A DNA stretch of 56,172 nucleotides from the NCBI GenBank assembly GCA_017938725.1, contig JAGBAW010000001.1, positions 1 to 56,172 of the forward strand, written 5' to 3'. Source of the DNA: Bacilli bacterium (GTDB taxonomy: Bacteria; Bacillota_I; Bacilli_A; RF39; UBA660). The first letter of the stretch is position 1; each line of letters starts with the position of its first letter. The translations under genes were made by a program, and so were the position numbers. Below, piece by piece: positions 52,858 to 56,172 of this stretch. The notes under the pieces are model-generated. The model had not been told where the DNA came from. It made no database searches and saw nothing but the letters and a program-made list of their open reading frames with translations.

Positions 52858-53556
52858 ATGGCTAAGAAAAGCAAAAAGTATATAGAAGCTTTAAACCAAA
52901 TTGAAAAAGGTAAAGCATATACTAAAGAAGAAGCTGTAGAACTAGTTAAAAAAATTAGTACCTCTAAATTTGATGGATCTGTAGAAGTAGCAATTAAGTT
53001 AAACGTTGATACTAGAAAATCAGATCAACAATTAAGAGGGGCAATTGTATTACCAAATGGTACAGGAAAAACTAAAAGGGTATTAGTATTATCAAAGACA
53101 GATCAAGCAAAGATTGCTAAAGAATCAGGTGCTGATTTTGTTGGTGATATGGATATGGTAGAAAAAATTGAAAAAGAAAACTGGCTTGATTTTGATGTAA
53201 TCATTGCAACACCAGAAATGATGCCTATGCTTGGTAAATTAGGTAAGATTTTAGGACCTAGAGGTTTAATGCCAAATCCTAAAACGGGAACAGTTACTAC
53301 AGATGTTAAAAAAGCAATTGATGATATTAAAAAAGGACGTGTAGAATATAGAACAGATTCTTATGGTAATGTTCATTCTATAATTGGTAAGGTATCATTT
53401 GATGCTAATAAATTAGTTGAAAACTTAGATGCTTTTGTAGATGTAATAATTAAATCAAAACCATCTACAGTTAAAGGTCAATACTTAAAAAATATTTCAA
53501 TCGCACCAACGATGGGGCCTGGAATAAAAATTGATTTAAGTTCTTTTGACAAATAA
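52858..53556 (+). CDS. rplA: 50S ribosomal protein L1
   Basis: [14 protein letters not shown] and TMGPG motifs. Confidence 0.99.
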   Translation: MAKKSKKYIEALNQIEKGKAYTKEEAVELVKKISTSKFDGSVEVAIKLNVDTRKSDQQLRGAIVLPNGTGKTKRVLVLSKTDQAKIAKESGADFVGDMDMVEKIEKENWLDFDVIIATPEMMPMLGKLGKILGPRGLMPNPKTGTVTTDVKKAIDDIKKGRVEYRTDSYGNVHSIIGKVSFDANKLVENLDAFVDVIIKSKPSTVKGQYLKNISIAPTMGPGIKIDLSSFDK

Positions 53557-53589
53557 AATAAATTATTATATAATAAGTCTATCAAAAAG

Positions 53590-53696
53590 TTATTTTGTAC
53601 CGAAGACAGTAAGAGCGTAATGCTTAATATTTCTTACCGAGGACAATTCTTAAGTGTAATATTTAAGTCTTTGCCTTGTGTACAAAGGCTTTTTTG
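53590..53696 (+). promoter_or_regulatory. L10 leader attenuator
   Basis: ACCGAAGACAGTAAG...CTTACCGAGG core followed by GCCTTG...AAAGGC-T run, upstream of rplJ. Confidence 0.85.
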
Positions 53697-53721
53697 ATAT
53701 AAATTTGATAGGAGGATGAAA

Positions 53722-54213
53722 ATGGCTAGTCAAAAAATATTAGAAGCTAAAGCACAAGTTGTTGACGAGATAACAAATGTAGCTAAATCAAGTGCTTCAT
53801 TCATTTTATTTGATTATCGTGGACTAACTGCTGAAGAGACATCTGAACTTAGAAAAATTCTTCGTGAAAGTGATTCAAAATATAAAGTTTGGAAAAATAC
53901 TTTAACTAAAAGAGCTATGGATAATCTTAAATTAAATCTTGATGATTGTCTAGCAGGTCCAAGTGCAATAGCTTATTCAAGTGATGCAATTGCTCCAATC
54001 AAAGCATTAAGTACTTTTGCTAAAGAACATCCAGCTTTAGAAATAAAAGGTGGAGTTGTAGATGGAAATGTTACAAGTTTAGAAGAAATCAAAGCATTAT
54101 CAACAATTCCATCAAGAGAAGGATTACTTACTATGCTTGCTGGTGGCCTAATTGGTACTGTAAGAGATTTATCAATCGCTTTAAATTTACTTGGCGAACA
54201 AAAAAGTGAATAA
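53722..54213 (+). CDS. rplJ: 50S ribosomal protein L10
   Basis: DYRGLT, KNTL, GP.AIA and KGG motifs. Confidence 0.98.
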   Translation: MASQKILEAKAQVVDEITNVAKSSASFILFDYRGLTAEETSELRKILRESDSKYKVWKNTLTKRAMDNLKLNLDDCLAGPSAIAYSSDAIAPIKALSTFAKEHPALEIKGGVVDGNVTSLEEIKALSTIPSREGLLTMLAGGLIGTVRDLSIALNLLGEQKSE

Positions 54214-54241
54214 TTAATAAAAAATAAGGAGGAATTTAAAA

Positions 54242-54610
54242 ATGGCTAAATTAAATAAAGACGATTTTATCGCTTCATTAAAAGAAATGACAATATTAGA
54301 AATTAAAGAATTAGTAGATGCTATGAAAGAGGAGTTTGGTGTAGATCCAAGTGCATTAGCAGTAGCAGCAGCTCCTGCGGCAGCAGCCCAAGAAGAAGGA
54401 CCTACTTCAGTAACTGTTACATTAACAAGTGCTGGAGCAACTAAAATACCAGTAATCAAAGTTATAAGAGATATAACTGGTCTAGGATTAAAAGAAGCTA
54501 AAGATATTGCTGACAATGGTGGGGCAGTTAAAGAAAACATTTCTAAAGAAGAAGCAGAAGAAATCAAAGCTAAATTAGAAGAAGCTGGAGCAACAGTTGA
54601 AATAGCTTAA
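54242..54610 (+). CDS. rplL: 50S ribosomal protein L7/L12
   Basis: Ala-rich hinge, TGLGLKEAK and LEEAGA. Confidence 0.98.
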   Translation: MAKLNKDDFIASLKEMTILEIKELVDAMKEEFGVDPSALAVAAAPAAAAQEEGPTSVTVTLTSAGATKIPVIKVIRDITGLGLKEAKDIADNGGAVKENISKEEAEEIKAKLEEAGATVEIA

Positions 54611-54614
54611 GTTT

Positions 54615-54640
54615 AAACATAGAGAAATCTATGTTTTTTC
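54615..54640 (+). terminator. Intrinsic terminator after rplL
   Basis: AAACATAGA-GAAA-TCTATGTTT followed by T-run. Confidence 0.8.
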
Positions 54641-54676
54641 TTTATAAAATATGTTATTATAAGTTTGGTGATTTGT

Positions 54677-55276
54677 ATGGAACATTATTTTACAAATAAT
54701 AAAAATTTGAAGGAAAATACTAAGAAGGTAGATGTAAAAATAAAAGACACATTATTTTCATTTTATACAGATAATGGTGTTTTTAATAAAAAAGGTTTAG
54801 ATTATGGAACAAGGGTATTACTTGAAAATATTAATTTAAAAGATAAAAAATCTTTTTTAGATGTAGGTTGCGGATGTGGACCAATTGGTATTTATATTGC
54901 AAAACAATCAGAAAATTATAGTGTGGATATGATAGATATTAATGAAAAGGCAGTAAACTTAACTAATAAGGGTATTAAATTAAACAGATTAAATAATGCT
55001 AAATCATTTATAAGCAATGTATATGAAAATATTGATAGTAAATATGATATGATAATAACTAATCCTCCGATACATGCAGGTAAAAAAGTGATTTATGATA
55101 TTATAAGTAGTGCTAAAAAATATCTTAATAATAATGGTGAGATTTGGTTAGTAATAAGAAAAGACCAAGGAGCTAAATCATTAATTAAAGATATGAGTGA
55201 TATTTATAATATTGATATAATAAAAAAAGATAATGGTTTTTATATATTACAGGCAAAACCAATTGACACCATTTAA
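54677..55276 (+). CDS. rsmC: RsmC/YbxB-family methyltransferase
   Basis: HYF, TDNGVF...DYGT, DVGCG.G and TNPPIHAGK motifs; follows rplL. Confidence 0.88.
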   Translation: MEHYFTNNKNLKENTKKVDVKIKDTLFSFYTDNGVFNKKGLDYGTRVLLENINLKDKKSFLDVGCGCGPIGIYIAKQSENYSVDMIDINEKAVNLTNKGIKLNRLNNAKSFISNVYENIDSKYDMIITNPPIHAGKKVIYDIISSAKKYLNNNGEIWLVIRKDQGAKSLIKDMSDIYNIDIIKKDNGFYILQAKPIDTI

Positions 55277-55318
55277 ATATGATGATAGAATATGACTTAA
55301 TTAATATGAGGTATTATT

Positions 55319-55534
55319 ATGGATATGAGTGAAAATACATATGAAAAAGATATACTTGGTATTCCTGCTACAAATGAGAAAGATGCAAAAGATATTGCGA
55401 GAGAAACTTTACAATTTTTAAATAAAAAAGGTATTCGAATAGGTAACGCTACTAGATATCGTGATAAAAATATGTTTTACGTAAATGTATATTATTTAAA
55501 AGAGGATACTTATGCGTTAAGGAAAAAAATATAA
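55319..55534 (+). CDS. Small hypothetical protein
   Basis: 71 aa; TTGACA-N17-TAGAAT promoter with extended TG and GAGGT RBS. Confidence 0.65.
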   Translation: MDMSENTYEKDILGIPATNEKDAKDIARETLQFLNKKGIRIGNATRYRDKNMFYVNVYYLKEDTYALRKKI

Positions 55535-55698
55535 AATTTAATAGTATTTTATTGTTAAAAAGAAGAGTTAATATGAATATTATAAAAAAGGTTAAATATA
55601 ATCAAGAATTAAATGAAAAAAATATATAAATTAGAAATACTATTAAAAAATACAAAAACTTAGATAGAAATAAATTTAAGTAAGTTTTAACAAGTGTT

Positions 55699-56031
55699 AT
55701 GAAAAAATCATCAATACATGAAACTTATTATAGTATCGGTGGTTATAGAGAAGAGGCAATGTGTATTGAACAAATAAATGATATCTCACGGATTGTATAC
55801 CATGGTGAAAGAGGAAATAAATATGATATAAGAAAGTTTAATAATATTTTAGATGGGCTAGTATTCTTAATAGAAATATTTTCGGAATCTGATGATGATT
55901 ATTTAAAAAAATGAATCTTTAGTAGGATTATCATTGGCAAAAAAATTAGATTATAAAGAAGAAGTAAGAAAATAAAGTAACTTACAATGCAAGAACAATA
56001 AGATGACTTTTTAAAAATTAAAAGTAAACTG
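55699..56031 (+). pseudogene. Probable decayed hypothetical gene abutting the terminal repeat
   Basis: 71-aa ORF stops right after an A7 run; protein-like sequence continues in shifted frames with further stops. Confidence 0.35.
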
Positions 56032-56172
56032 GATGAAGTAAAGTAAATGTTGGAAAAATTTAAGAGAAAATACAAGTCATACAATTAATTTGTATTTTTT
56101 TTACATATTTTTACATTCTTTTTGACAAGAAATAATTTGTTCTATAATTATCTTTTAAACTAAAAGTACTAT
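56032..56172. repeat. 141-bp inverted repeat, right copy
   Basis: Exact reverse complement of 1-141; contains an outward-facing TTGACA...TATAAT (15-bp spacer). Confidence 0.97.

Noticed and set aside
49427-56031. Alternative genetic code or stop readthrough suggested by in-frame stops in small ORFs
   Set aside because: All conserved genes are intact under code 11 and use TAA, TAG and TGA as stops; pseudogenisation is simpler

Overview
Very AT-rich chromosomal segment (standard code; TGA is used as a stop) spanning the replication origin of a genome-reduced, apparently spore-forming member of the Bacilli. The gene content resembles uncultured RF39-like lineages, but that is an inference. Left of about 19.6 kb nearly all genes are on the minus strand: spoIIR, prmC, prfA, rpoE, argS, noc, rsmG, mnmG, gpsA, mnmE, jag, yidC, rnpA, rpmH. 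To the right nearly all are on the plus strand: murE, murF, dnaA, dnaN, comK, recF, gyrB, gyrA, SRP RNA, tadA, dnaX, ybaB, recR, bofA, holB, ricT, yabB, rsmI, pth, mfd, spoVT, dut, metG, tatD, rsmA, yabG, veg, spoVG, yabP, yabQ, divIC, mrnC, rlmB, sigH, secE, nusG, rplK/A/J/L, rsmC. This is a compressed Bacillus-like origin backbone. Non-coding features seen directly: DnaA boxes on both sides of dnaA, three perfect parS palindromes, a perfect Noc-binding site between two 23-bp direct repeats, a ~71-nt SRP RNA, and L1 and L10 leaders. Most notable observations: (1) an exact 141-bp inverted repeat forming the two window ends; (2) an unannotated type I toxin-antitoxin-like locus with a frameshifted hydrophobic peptide and a convergent structured RNA; (3) the composite Noc site; (4) an L33-like zinc-ribbon gene inside prfA-prmC while rpmG is missing from its usual place; (5) comK in place of yaaA; (6) orphan kinase-like and Cys-His-Asp proteins inserted next to the origin. 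No tRNA, rRNA, CRISPR array or intact transposase was seen. CDS starts were adjusted by eye to the best RBS/start codon.
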